Positions 10,364 to 19,724 are shown, counted from the stretch's first letter. The stretch is DNA of 39,444 bases from Candidatus Aenigmatarchaeota archaeon (GCA_023128965.1 JAGMCY010000150.1:1-39444), one strand, 5' to 3'. Numbers and translations: made by a program. Notes: generated by a model not told the origin, from the sequence alone.

Positions 10364-10626
10364 TATCTTTTCTTTTTAACTATCTTTCTATGCCTGGCGC
10401 ACGCGGGACATGCATAAATTTTCGTTGAGGATAATGAAAAGCTTCCCCTTCCGAGTTCCCTCCTGAGAGAAGGATCTGATATTGAGAAACCTCTGTACAC
10501 AGCGAAGGTTTTGTACTTCGGAACCCTCTTTCCACAGAAACCACACGTAACCAAGGTTTCCTTCCCCCTGCTCTTCGTATGATGCCAACCCCTTTTATAA
10601 AGCCGTTTTCCAGTCATCCGTCTCAC
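10363..10626 (-). CDS. rps26e: 30S ribosomal protein S26e (eS26)
   Basis: Basic 87-aa protein with RG-x6-CxxCGKRVPKYK, DPSLRREL and YxCxxCAxHxKIVK, matching the eS26 zinc-ribbon layout; start may be ATG at 10617. Confidence 0.8.
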   Translation of the reverse strand: MRRMTGKRLYKRGWHHTKSRGKETLVTCGFCGKRVPKYKTFAVYRGFSISDPSLRRELGRGSFSLSSTKIYACPACARHRKIVKKKR

Positions 10627-10701
10627 AAATACAATTTATATTTGGATGAGTTTCTATATAAGAAAAATCAATTTAAATATCAGTACATCATACCTATATG
10701 A

Positions 10702-12117
10702 GTGGTTGAGATGAAGGAAAAAATGAAAAAATTAAATGACTTCGAGTGGTATCTGCCCAAGGGCGTCCGGGAAAAAATGAATGTCGGAGCCAAGATAATA
10801 GCTAACAAGATAATTGTTGACCAGGTTGAAGATGCAGCTGTAGAGCAGTTAACGAATGTGGCTTGCTTACCTGGTATTATAGAACCAGTTGTAGGGCTCG
10901 CAGATATGCACTGGGGTTATGGTTTGCCAATGGGATCTGTCATGGCATTTGATCCCGAGGAGGGAGTTATAAGTAGCGGATGTACGGGATTTGATATCAA
11001 TTGCGGTGTCAATTCAATAAGAACCAATCTAACTTATGATGAAGTTAAAGATAAACTAAAAGAACTTGTTCCTGCTTTATTTAGTGCTATTCCATGCGGT
11101 GTTGGTTCCAAAGGAAAACTTAAATTAACGCCAGAGCAATTAAATGAGGTTTTAACTAAGGGTGTGAATTGGGCTGTAGAAAATGGTTATGGAACGAAGG
11201 ACGATATTGAGCATACAGAGGAAAGGGGATGCATGGAAGGGGCTGATCCAAACAAAGTTTCTGATTTAGCAAAGAAAAGGGGGTTGCAACAACTCGGAAC
11301 ACTCGGGGCCGGAAATCATTTTCTTGAGATACAAAAGGTTTCGGATATATTTGACAAAGAGTTTGCAAAAAAACTTGGCATTAATGATGTTAATCAGGTT
11401 TTGATAATGCTTCATTGTGGCTCCCGGGGTCTCGGCCACCAAGTTGCTTCTGATTACTTAAAAATACATGAGCAGGCAGTTAAAAAATATAATATTTGGT
11501 TACCAGACAAACAACTGGTCGGGGCACCGGCCAATTCAAAAGAAGGACAAGATTATTTTGCGGCTATGAAATGTGCAGTTAACTACTCTTTTACAAATAG
11601 ACTGGTGATGACACAGTGGATAAGGGAAACCTTTGAAAGGGTTTTTAGGAAGGATTGGGAGAGTATGGATATGCATGCCATCTATGCTATTGCTCATAAT
11701 ATTACAAAAAAAGAAGAGCACACAATTGATGGTAAAAAGAAAGAAATATATGTAACACGTAAAGGTGCTACGAGGGCCTTTCCTGATATCCCTGCATTAA
11801 TTGCGGGAACAATGGGAACTGCCTCTTACATATGCAAGGGAACAGAGGTTGCAATGCAAAAAACATTTGGCTCAACTGTTCATGGTGCAGGCAGAGCGAT
11901 GTCAAGGCACGCAGCCATCCGAAAATTTTGGGGCGGGAAAGTCAAGGAAGACCTCGCGAATAAGGGGATTGTTGCCCAGTCAACTCACCCTAAGGTTCTT
12001 GCAGAAGAAGCCCCGGGCGCGTACAAAAACGTGGATGACGTGATAGAGAGTGTTCACGGAGCAGGGATTTCACTTAAGGTCGTTCGTGTAGTTCCTATCG
12101 GATGCTGCAAAGGATAA
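10702..12117 (+). CDS. rtcB: RNA-splicing ligase RtcB
   Basis: DMHWGYG, DINCG, GNHFLE, HCGSRG, HN, RKGAT, HGAGR, EEAPGAYK and terminal KG; start may be ATG at 10711. Confidence 0.96.
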   Translation: MVEMKEKMKKLNDFEWYLPKGVREKMNVGAKIIANKIIVDQVEDAAVEQLTNVACLPGIIEPVVGLADMHWGYGLPMGSVMAFDPEEGVISSGCTGFDINCGVNSIRTNLTYDEVKDKLKELVPALFSAIPCGVGSKGKLKLTPEQLNEVLTKGVNWAVENGYGTKDDIEHTEERGCMEGADPNKVSDLAKKRGLQQLGTLGAGNHFLEIQKVSDIFDKEFAKKLGINDVNQVLIMLHCGSRGLGHQVASDYLKIHEQAVKKYNIWLPDKQLVGAPANSKEGQDYFAAMKCAVNYSFTNRLVMTQWIRETFERVFRKDWESMDMHAIYAIAHNITKKEEHTIDGKKKEIYVTRKGATRAFPDIPALIAGTMGTASYICKGTEVAMQKTFGSTVHGAGRAMSRHAAIRKFWGGKVKEDLANKGIVAQSTHPKVLAEEAPGAYKNVDDVIESVHGAGISLKVVRVVPIGCCKG

Positions 12118-12129
12118 AAGCGAAAGAAT

Positions 12130-12540
12130 TTATATGTCCAGACTGACAGTCACCTTATACCCTTTCTCTCTCTTTTCGAGGTTGAATTTGTAGTAAGTGA
12201 CGGCCTTCACGAGCGTTCCTCCTTTTTTCGGGTCCGCTTCTTCCCCGTGACATACAATTTTCAAATGCATATTCCCGATTTCTTTCACCTCGAACTTCGA
12301 AAGAAAAAGATTATCCACGTCGACGACTTCTATGAGCTTCTGAAGCCAGTTGAACATGAGGTCCTTCGTATCCTCCCCTGAGACCTTGATCTCTTTTTCA
12401 ATTTTAGGTTCGATCTTTTCAATTTGGCATATCACGCTGAAGAGCGCATAGGCTGCATTTTCAAACAATTCGTCCAAACCCTTCCCGTATGCCTCGAAAA
12501 CCACATCTGAGGTCAGGTCATCGATGAACCTGTATTTCAT
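12130..12540 (-). CDS. Archease (RtcB activator)
   Basis: YRFIDDLTSDVVFEAYGKGLDELFENAA...VKAVTY...LDI C-terminus; convergent with rtcB. Confidence 0.9.
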   Translation of the reverse strand: MKYRFIDDLTSDVVFEAYGKGLDELFENAAYALFSVICQIEKIEPKIEKEIKVSGEDTKDLMFNWLQKLIEVVDVDNLFLSKFEVKEIGNMHLKIVCHGEEADPKKGGTLVKAVTYYKFNLEKREKGYKVTVSLDI

Positions 12541-12591
12541 AAAAAAGTATTAGTATTACCCAAAATAAAAGTTAACGAGGGAATTGGGAGA

Positions 12592-13029
12592 TCAGAAAGC
12601 CCTGAACCCCAAACCCTGTATGTCATACCTGCCTACCATATCCTGAGCTCCCCTGCACTGCAATGACTGGACTATAACCTGCTCCAATGTATCATCTGTT
12701 GCCAGTGTCACGGTTTTTATGTCCTGGTAAGATATGTTCATGGATTCGAACTTGGTCGAGGTTATCGATTGGTTCTGATACAAGAGTCTCACGGCAAAAC
12801 CACTAAGAGGAACGTCGCCTGTATTGAACAGGGCAAGCGTTAGTTGATTGCTCGCGTTTTCGAAATACGCCCTCTGTATGAGAAGCTGAGCTCTTGCACA
12901 GAACTGAAGTTCTGAACGGCTCTGAGTTACGAATTGCGTGGCCCAACCAGCTAGAATCCCTGCCACGATCATGGTGAATGCTATCAACATTATGACCGCA
13001 ATCAGGGGAGATATACCCTTTCTCATCAT
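12592..13029 (-). CDS. Archaeal type IV pilin
   Basis: Class III signal peptide RKG/ISPLIAVIMLIAFTMIVAG; two Cys. Confidence 0.9.
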   Translation of the reverse strand: MMRKGISPLIAVIMLIAFTMIVAGILAGWATQFVTQSRSELQFCARAQLLIQRAYFENASNQLTLALFNTGDVPLSGFAVRLLYQNQSITSTKFESMNISYQDIKTVTLATDDTLEQVIVQSLQCRGAQDMVGRYDIQGLGFRAF

Positions 13030-13033
13030 TAAA

Positions 13034-13513
13034 TCACTCCTTTGTTATAGTCAAGGTTTCGGCTGAAAATGTCGGGCATGCTTTATTCAGGATTTTTATC
13101 TGATCAGCTGTGTTTCCGAGATTCGAATGAAAACCGCCGGCTATGTCTATTATTATAACAGCAGATCTTTGCTCTCCCAGCGGATTCGTTTCGGTTATAT
13201 TAGGGCTTATCCTTAACTTGGGGTCAGTTGAATTGTAAACGTAAACATCTGTCCCGTTTAACACCTGTACGCTGAACCCGTACAACCCAACACTCCCAAG
13301 GTTCGTCAACACCAGCGTGATTTCGTTTGCGGACGAGCGGAAGGTTGCTGAATCAATCCTGTAATTCGTGCTGGTCACGCACGCGCTGCTCGCTTGGGTT
13401 GTTCTTGAACTCACCCAATGGGTTATCCACGAGGATATCATCACCCCAACCGAAACGCTTATTGCTATCAGCAAAACAGCGGCTATCACTGGAGATATCC
13501 CTTTCATGCCCAT
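13034..13513 (-). CDS. Archaeal type IV pilin
   Basis: Class III signal peptide MKG/ISPVIAAVLLIAISVSVG; tandem with the adjacent pilin. Confidence 0.9.
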   Translation of the reverse strand: MGMKGISPVIAAVLLIAISVSVGVMISSWITHWVSSRTTQASSACVTSTNYRIDSATFRSSANEITLVLTNLGSVGLYGFSVQVLNGTDVYVYNSTDPKLRISPNITETNPLGEQRSAVIIIDIAGGFHSNLGNTADQIKILNKACPTFSAETLTITKE

Positions 13514-13585
13514 ATATTATATATAAGTTTGGTTGGGTTAATATATATTTTTAAATAAAGCTTAGCTTTATTCATATGGGGGAAT

Positions 13586-16500
13586 ATGCGGGAAAAAATG
13601 GTTTTCTTTTTCGGGGAGAGGGGCAAAGAGAGCAAATACCTTTTGGGAGGAAAGGGAGCGAATCTAGGCGAAATGACGAGGATGGGGTTGCCCGTCCCGC
13701 CCGGCTTCACGATATCAACAAAGGTTTGTATGAATTTCATAAGGACAAAAAAATACCCTAAAAGACTGGAAAAAGAAATTAATTCAAACCTTGATAAGCT
13801 TGAAAGGAAAATAGGAAGGAAATTCGGCGATGAAAGGAACCCGTTGCTTTTGTCCGTAAGGTCAGGCGCCCCCGTCTCGATGCCCGGAATGATGGACACC
13901 ATTTTAAATCTCGGTCTTAATGAGAAAACGGTAAAAGGCATTGAAAGAGAAAGCGGGGATTCGAGGTTCGTATGGGATTCCTACAGAAGGTTCATCCAGA
14001 TGTTCGGAAATGTGGTTCTCGGGGTGGAGCATGAGAAATTCGAAAAAATCCTTGACAAACACAAAAAGGGCAGGAAGGATACAGATCTGAAACCTGAGGA
14101 ATTGAAGAGGATAGTTGATGAGTATAAAAAACTCGTGAAAAAAGAAACGGGTAAAGATTTTTCTGGCAACCCAAAGAAACAACTGAAGATGTCGATAGAC
14201 GCGGTATTCAGTTCCTGGGACAACAAGCGCGCGAGGATTTACAGGAAGATTCACGGCATACCGGATGATGTTGGGACCGCGGTTAATGTTCAAGCCATGG
14301 TTTTCGGGAATCTTGGATGGGATTCAGGGACAGGGGTCGGTTTCACGAGGAATCCTGCAACCGGCGAAAAAAAACCCTACGGAGAATACCTCATGAACGC
14401 ACAGGGGGAAGACGTCGTCGCCGGGATAAGAACGCCAAAACCCATAGAAGAACTGAAAAAAGACCTCCCCAAGGTTTACAATGAACTCATAAAGGTCTAC
14501 AAACTCCTTGACAGACATTACAAGGACATGCAGGATTTCGAGTTCACGATAGAGAAGGAAAGACTCTTCGTTCTCCAGACGAGGACAGGAAAACGAACGG
14601 CACAGGCTGCGGTGAAGATAGCAGTGGATTTGGTCAGGGGGAGACTGTTAACAAAGGAAGAGGCGATAATGAGGGTGGATCCTCAACAACTCGACCATCT
14701 GCTCCACAAACAGCTCGATCCCAAGGCAAAGGAAAAGGCGAAAGTGATAGCGAAAGGTTTGCCAGCTTCGCCCGGAGCAGGCGTGGGCATCGCCTCTTTC
14801 TCGGCTGACAGGGCGGAAGAACTCGCCTCCGAGGGAAAGAACGTGATACTCGTTAGGGCTGAAACATCTCCGGAAGACATAGGGGGCATGTCCGTCTCGA
14901 AAGGCATATTAACTGCGAGAGGTGGCATGACATGCATTGCTGGTGATAGCATGGTTTTAACAAATAAAGGCTTCCTCTTTGCCGAGCACGCATTCGAGCT
15001 GATAGAAGGTGGTGACAATATCCTCATATTATCCCATGATACAAAATCAGGTAGGTCAAAATGGAAACGTATAATCGCTGCGGGTAGGAGGCTCTCCGAT
15101 GTTATTGAAGTATCTGTTTCCCAGACGGGGAGAGCAATGAAAAACACTATAAAAATAACACCAGACCACAAGATGCTCACCTTTAGAAACCGAAATTTGA
15201 TAAAGAAACCCGTTTCATCCCTCCTCGAAAACAACGAATTCGTAACGATTGTGGACAAGATACCGTTTGTGAATCTGTCAAAACAAAATGAAAAATTGGC
15301 ATATCTTGCTGGGGCCATCTTCACCGATGGGTACATAAACCTGAAGAAAACAAAGGGTTCTGTTACATTTACACAAAAAGAGACAGAAGAAAAAGCAGAG
15401 TTCATATCAACTGTCAGGAACTATTTTAATGAGGTTTTTAACAAAGATTTCAACATAATACGGACAAAGACATCAAACAGTTACATTGGGAATAGACTTT
15501 TACAGGGTGAAGCACTTGACATGATATGCACGAGTATGAGGCCGGCGGTTGTATTGACGCACATAAGCCAGAATATTGTACAATGGATATTGGGACTTGA
15601 TGAAGAATCAACACTGAACTTCCTTGCCGGAGTTATAGACGGCGATGGTTCTTTAAGCAATGGCAGACTCCAGATATACGCTTCAAAGGAAAATGTGCAA
15701 CAGGGAATTGTCGTGGCGTGCCTGAAATTGGGCATCGTGCCCCAGGTAACTTTCAACAGGAATATATACAACATCCAAATTGTGGAGAACGTAGAAAGGT
15801 TGCTAAGATACACAAAAAGGGTGAAAGGAAATGCCAATGGAAAGAAATACGGTAGCAAGTTGTTTTCCATCAAACAGCTTTTTGGTGATATAGCAGAAGA
15901 TGTAAACTTCATGGGAAGGGTAAAAGAAGCAATAAAGAGAAACCTTTTGTTTGATTCAAAGAAGATAGCAAGAGACATACTACCATTGTGTAAGTCCACA
16001 GAAAAAGCCCAAGTTTCCAGTATACTGAATTCAGATCTACGTATGTACAGAGTAAGTAAGGTCGCTGATTTGGGCAAGGCATGGGTATACAACTTTGAGG
16101 TTGATTCCAAGAGTGAAATGGACAAAAACTTCGTTGTTTTCACAAAAATGTACACACCACTTCTAGTCTCAAATTCACATGCCGCAGTCGTTGCGAGGGG
16201 GATGGGCAAATGCTGCGTTGCTGGGTGCAACGACATAGCGATAAATGAGAAAAAGAGGATGTTCAGGGTTTCTGGTGTTACAGTTAAAGAAGGAGATTGG
16301 ATTACCCTTGATGGAGGAACAGGAGAAGTTATAGTTGGTAAAATCTCCGTTGTAGACCCCGAACTGAAGGGGGAATTCAAAACCCTTATGAAATGGGTTG
16401 ACGAATTCAGGAAGCTTGGTGTGAGAACGAATTCAGACACGCCAAATGACGCGAAAAGGTCAAGGGATTTCGGGGTGGAAGGCATCGGCTTAGCGAGAAC

Positions 16501-17437
16501 GGAGCACATGTTTTTTGAAGGGGACAGGATAGATGCTGTCAGGGAGATGATACTGGCCGAGGATGAAAAGGGGAGGAGGAAGGCTTTGAAAAAACTCCTG
16601 CCGATGCAGATGAATGATTTCGTTCAGATATTCAGGGAGATGAACGGTCTGCCCGTTACCATACGCCTGCTTGACCCACCGTTACATGAATTTCTCCCCA
16701 AGGAAGACGATGAAATAAGGGAGCTGGCGAAGGACATGAAGATAACTTTTGAAGAACTCAAGGAAAATGTCGAGTCTTTGAGCGAATTCAACCCCATGCT
16801 CGGATTCAGAGGATGCAGATTAGGGGTTGTATACCCCGAGATAAGCGAGATGCAGGTGGAAGCGATAATAAGGGCTGCGATAAAGGTCAACAGGAACGGC
16901 GGGAGGGCTTTACCTGAGATAGAGATACCAGTTTTGGGCAGCATTGAAGAGGCGAAGGTGATGAGGGGAACCATTGACAAGGTTGCGAAGGGTTTGATCA
17001 GAAAATCAGGGGTTAACGTTAAATACAAAGTTGGAACAATGATAGAACTGCCAAGGGCATGCATGGTAGCGGGTAAGCTCGCGAAGGTTATGGATTTCTT
17101 CTCGTTCGGAACGAACGATTTAACACAGACTGTTTACGGTTTCTCTAGGGATGATGCAGGAAGTTTCATCCCGAAATACATAGAGAAAGGCGTCTTGAAG
17201 GAAGATCCTTTTCAGGTACTCGACAGAGAGGGTGTGGGCTCGCTAATGAAGATATGCGTTAAATCCATCAGGAAGGTAAACCCTGAAATGGAGATAGGGA
17301 TTTGCGGTGAACACGGGGGCGAGCCAAATTCAGTCGAATTTTGCCATAAAATAGGACTAGACTATGTTTCCTGTTCCCCTTTCCGCGTTCCGATTGCTCG
17401 CCTTGCGGCAGCGCAGGCAAAGATAAAGCACGGATAA
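13586..17437 (+). CDS. ppdK: Pyruvate phosphate dikinase, intein-containing (869 aa after splicing)
   Basis: LLGGKGANL, SVRSGAPVSMPGMMDT, AQGEDVVAGIRTP, GGMT...SHAAVVARG, RTEHMF, SFGTNDLTQ, GICGEHGG, SCSPFRVP. Confidence 0.96.
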   Translation: MREKMVFFFGERGKESKYLLGGKGANLGEMTRMGLPVPPGFTISTKVCMNFIRTKKYPKRLEKEINSNLDKLERKIGRKFGDERNPLLLSVRSGAPVSMPGMMDTILNLGLNEKTVKGIERESGDSRFVWDSYRRFIQMFGNVVLGVEHEKFEKILDKHKKGRKDTDLKPEELKRIVDEYKKLVKKETGKDFSGNPKKQLKMSIDAVFSSWDNKRARIYRKIHGIPDDVGTAVNVQAMVFGNLGWDSGTGVGFTRNPATGEKKPYGEYLMNAQGEDVVAGIRTPKPIEELKKDLPKVYNELIKVYKLLDRHYKDMQDFEFTIEKERLFVLQTRTGKRTAQAAVKIAVDLVRGRLLTKEEAIMRVDPQQLDHLLHKQLDPKAKEKAKVIAKGLPASPGAGVGIASFSADRAEELASEGKNVILVRAETSPEDIGGMSVSKGILTARGGMTCIAGDSMVLTNKGFLFAEHAFELIEGGDNILILSHDTKSGRSKWKRIIAAGRRLSDVIEVSVSQTGRAMKNTIKITPDHKMLTFRNRNLIKKPVSSLLENNEFVTIVDKIPFVNLSKQNEKLAYLAGAIFTDGYINLKKTKGSVTFTQKETEEKAEFISTVRNYFNEVFNKDFNIIRTKTSNSYIGNRLLQGEALDMICTSMRPAVVLTHISQNIVQWILGLDEESTLNFLAGVIDGDGSLSNGRLQIYASKENVQQGIVVACLKLGIVPQVTFNRNIYNIQIVENVERLLRYTKRVKGNANGKKYGSKLFSIKQLFGDIAEDVNFMGRVKEAIKRNLLFDSKKIARDILPLCKSTEKAQVSSILNSDLRMYRVSKVADLGKAWVYNFEVDSKSEMDKNFVVFTKMYTPLLVSNSHAAVVARGMGKCCVAGCNDIAINEKKRMFRVSGVTVKEGDWITLDGGTGEVIVGKISVVDPELKGEFKTLMKWVDEFRKLGVRTNSDTPNDAKRSRDFGVEGIGLARTEHMFFEGDRIDAVREMILAEDEKGRRKALKKLLPMQMNDFVQIFREMNGLPVTIRLLDPPLHEFLPKEDDEIRELAKDMKITFEELKENVESLSEFNPMLGFRGCRLGVVYPEISEMQVEAIIRAAIKVNRNGGRALPEIEIPVLGSIEEAKVMRGTIDKVAKGLIRKSGVNVKYKVGTMIELPRACMVAGKLAKVMDFFSFGTNDLTQTVYGFSRDDAGSFIPKYIEKGVLKEDPFQVLDREGVGSLMKICVKSIRKVNPEMEIGICGEHGGEPNSVEFCHKIGLDYVSCSPFRVPIARLAAAQAKIKHG
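14933..16174 (+). mobile_element. Intein with LAGLIDADG homing endonuclease (414 aa)
   Basis: Block A CIAGDSMVLT, block B ITPDHKML, block C LAGAIFTDG, block E FLAGVIDGDG, block F VYNFEV, C-terminal VSN followed by extein Ser; removal restores GGMT-SHAAVVARG. Confidence 0.95.
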
Positions 17438-17535
17438 CATAATAATGGAACGCACCTATCGAAAATATATATTCGAGCGAAGGAATATTTAAAAATCTTG
17501 TTAAACCATTATAATTGGAAATAAACGGGATTCGC

Positions 17536-18069
17536 ATGAAAGTAAAAGACGTGATGAAAAAGCACGTGGTAACAGTAGATCCGAATATGAACATGTCAAC
17601 CATTTCGAAGATACTGACCAACAACAGGATAGGGTCTGTCGTCATAGTGAACAAGGGGAAGCCAACAGGAATGATCACAACCAACGACATAGTCACATTG
17701 ATAGCGAAAGACAAAGATCCGAAAAAGATAAAGGCGGGGAAGTTCTGGGAAAAAAAGAAAAGACCGTTTATGACAATTTCCCCGGATGAAAAAATATTCA
17801 GGGTCGCCAAGAAGATGTTAAAAACCGGTATCAAGAGATTCCCTGTCATTGAAGACGGTAAATTGAAAGGAATAATTTCAACAAAGGAAATAATTCTGGT
17901 CGCCCCAGAACTTTTGGAGATACTTTCCGAGAAACTGAAAGCAGGGATAGAAAGGGTTGCGAGACCGGAACAAATGATCTCAGGACTCTGCGAGAAGTGC
18001 GGGGAATATTCTGACGAGCTGAAGAACATTGAAGGAAGATGGCTCTGCCCGGACTGCAGGGATACCTGA
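17536..18069 (+). CDS. CBS-pair protein with C-terminal Zn ribbon
   Basis: MKVKDVM start, two CBS motifs, GLCEKCG...LCPDC. Confidence 0.88.
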   Translation: MKVKDVMKKHVVTVDPNMNMSTISKILTNNRIGSVVIVNKGKPTGMITTNDIVTLIAKDKDPKKIKAGKFWEKKKRPFMTISPDEKIFRVAKKMLKTGIKRFPVIEDGKLKGIISTKEIILVAPELLEILSEKLKAGIERVARPEQMISGLCEKCGEYSDELKNIEGRWLCPDCRDT

Positions 18070-18129
18070 AATGTTTAAACATTGGTTTAACCCTTATCGT
18101 TCTTTGTATAAACATATGTTTAAACATAT
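18070..18129. promoter_or_regulatory. Cluster of TGTTTAAACA-type palindromes (candidate operator)
   Basis: Perfect palindromes AATGTTTAAACATT (18070-18083) and ATATGTTTAAACATAT (18114-18129); degenerate copies at 18084 and 18105. Confidence 0.45.
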
Positions 18130-18159
18130 ATATTTTAGTGCATAACTCCAGATTTCTTT

Positions 18160-19650
18160 ATGAAATTTCACCTAGTGTTAATTGTCTTGTTGTTAACAGC
18201 ATGCAATGTCCAGGCAATCGTTATAAACGAGATCATGCCTGACCCGGATGATGGATGCTGGGATTGTTCAGAGTGGATAGAGATCACCAGTTATGTGAAT
18301 GTCTCGTTGGAAAATATCACCGTTGATACAGGTGAAAATCCAATAACCCTGAATGGTTCTATCAATGCTGGGGAATTCATAATAATCACCAAGAACTCGA
18401 CTACGTTTTCAGAAATATGGAATCCGAGTGCAATCGTTTTTGAATGCAGAAGAATGAGCCTTCACAACGATGGAGATAACATCACCATTTACAACGGTTC
18501 TGAAGTTTTGCAGAAAGTTGAATACAAAAGTTCGGAGAAGAACAGATCATACGGTCTATGTAACCAGACATTCGTTCTACAAAACATCTCAACCCCAGGC
18601 TTTTCTAACATGTGCGATTCGGAAGAAATCAATGAAACCAATACCACGAACGGAACCTGCGATTTATCGCTGACTATAATATCCGATTTGGTCTTTACTT
18701 CAGGCGAAAAACACAATTATTATCTATGGGTTGAAGATGAAAATTGTGATCAAACGGAAAAGGAAGTTAAAATAGAATACCGGATAGAGGATTTGTTTGG
18801 AACTATAATAAAATCAAAATACATCACCAACCAAAGCATAACATGTTACAAAAACATATCAAGGCAGTGGACACCCAGAGAAATCGAAGGATCAGAGGCA
18901 TGTTACATAAAAGCATTGATAATCGATTCTGCTTGCAACGATTCAGACCCTTCGAACGATATCGCCGAAAAATTAATTGTTGTGAAAGGAGGAACGCCTG
19001 ATCCAGGTCCGTGTCCTCCTTGTGAAACAACTGAAGAAACATCGACTTGTTCCTGCGGACCATGCCCGACATGCATTTCTGAAGAAGAAACAAAAGAAGA
19101 GGAAAAACCGGAATTCGAAATTCTTTCCTGCCCAGACGAAATGGAGAAGGACAGTGAAATCGAAATAAAAATCAATCTGGAAAACCCCTCTCTTGATAAG
19201 AAAAACTACACCGTATACTCTTACATATATGAAGGGAAGAAGCCTTTATCACTTGGCTTTAATGGTGAGAATTGGCTGAATACTTGGGACGCAAACAAGC
19301 AGAACGTTAGCATACCGGGAAACTCCTCCTTAAACCTCACACTAAAAAACAGGATAGCGAACGACACGGAACCTGGTAAATACAAACTGAGGGTTAGAAT
19401 ATGGCTTGACGGGAAGAAGCACGATATAACTAACGATATCATCATCAAAGAACCTGCGGAACCAGCAAACCAAACAATAAACCAAACAGTTGAAAAGGAA
19501 AACAAAACAGAATACAATGAAACCGAAAGCGATGAACCTGAAAGCGAGATACATACACCAACAGGCCGAGTAATTTCGAAAGATGAGAACTGGTTTTCCA
19601 TTCTAATAGAAAGCGTTATCAATTTCTTTAAAAACCTCTTCAGTCTATAA
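18160..19650 (+). CDS. Secreted Cys-rich lamin-tail-domain surface protein
   Basis: Signal peptide, then VINEIMPDP...SEWIEI LTD motif and L-x-N-x-GD; many N-x-S/T sites; Ig-like C-terminal part and amphipathic tail. Confidence 0.75.
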   Translation: MKFHLVLIVLLLTACNVQAIVINEIMPDPDDGCWDCSEWIEITSYVNVSLENITVDTGENPITLNGSINAGEFIIITKNSTTFSEIWNPSAIVFECRRMSLHNDGDNITIYNGSEVLQKVEYKSSEKNRSYGLCNQTFVLQNISTPGFSNMCDSEEINETNTTNGTCDLSLTIISDLVFTSGEKHNYYLWVEDENCDQTEKEVKIEYRIEDLFGTIIKSKYITNQSITCYKNISRQWTPREIEGSEACYIKALIIDSACNDSDPSNDIAEKLIVVKGGTPDPGPCPPCETTEETSTCSCGPCPTCISEEETKEEEKPEFEILSCPDEMEKDSEIEIKINLENPSLDKKNYTVYSYIYEGKKPLSLGFNGENWLNTWDANKQNVSIPGNSSLNLTLKNRIANDTEPGKYKLRVRIWLDGKKHDITNDIIIKEPAEPANQTINQTVEKENKTEYNETESDEPESEIHTPTGRVISKDENWFSILIESVINFFKNLFSL

Positions 19651-19724
19651 ATAAAATCAGTAATAGGTTGATGTGCATTTTAATGTGCATCTTTCCCTAG
19701 TATTGGGCCTGTAGCTCAGTTGGA

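Noticed and set aside
15481..16509. 342-aa antisense ORF and the many similar Ser/Phe-rich antisense ORFs across the window
   Set aside because: They mirror well-supported genes on the opposite strand and carry no motifs
17459..17476. Imperfect palindrome TCGAAAATATATATTCGA
   Set aside because: AT-rich single occurrence with no other support
19670..19691. ATGTGCAT direct repeat / G-U hairpin before the tRNA
   Set aside because: Short, single instance around a TATA-like TTTTAA; cannot be told from chance
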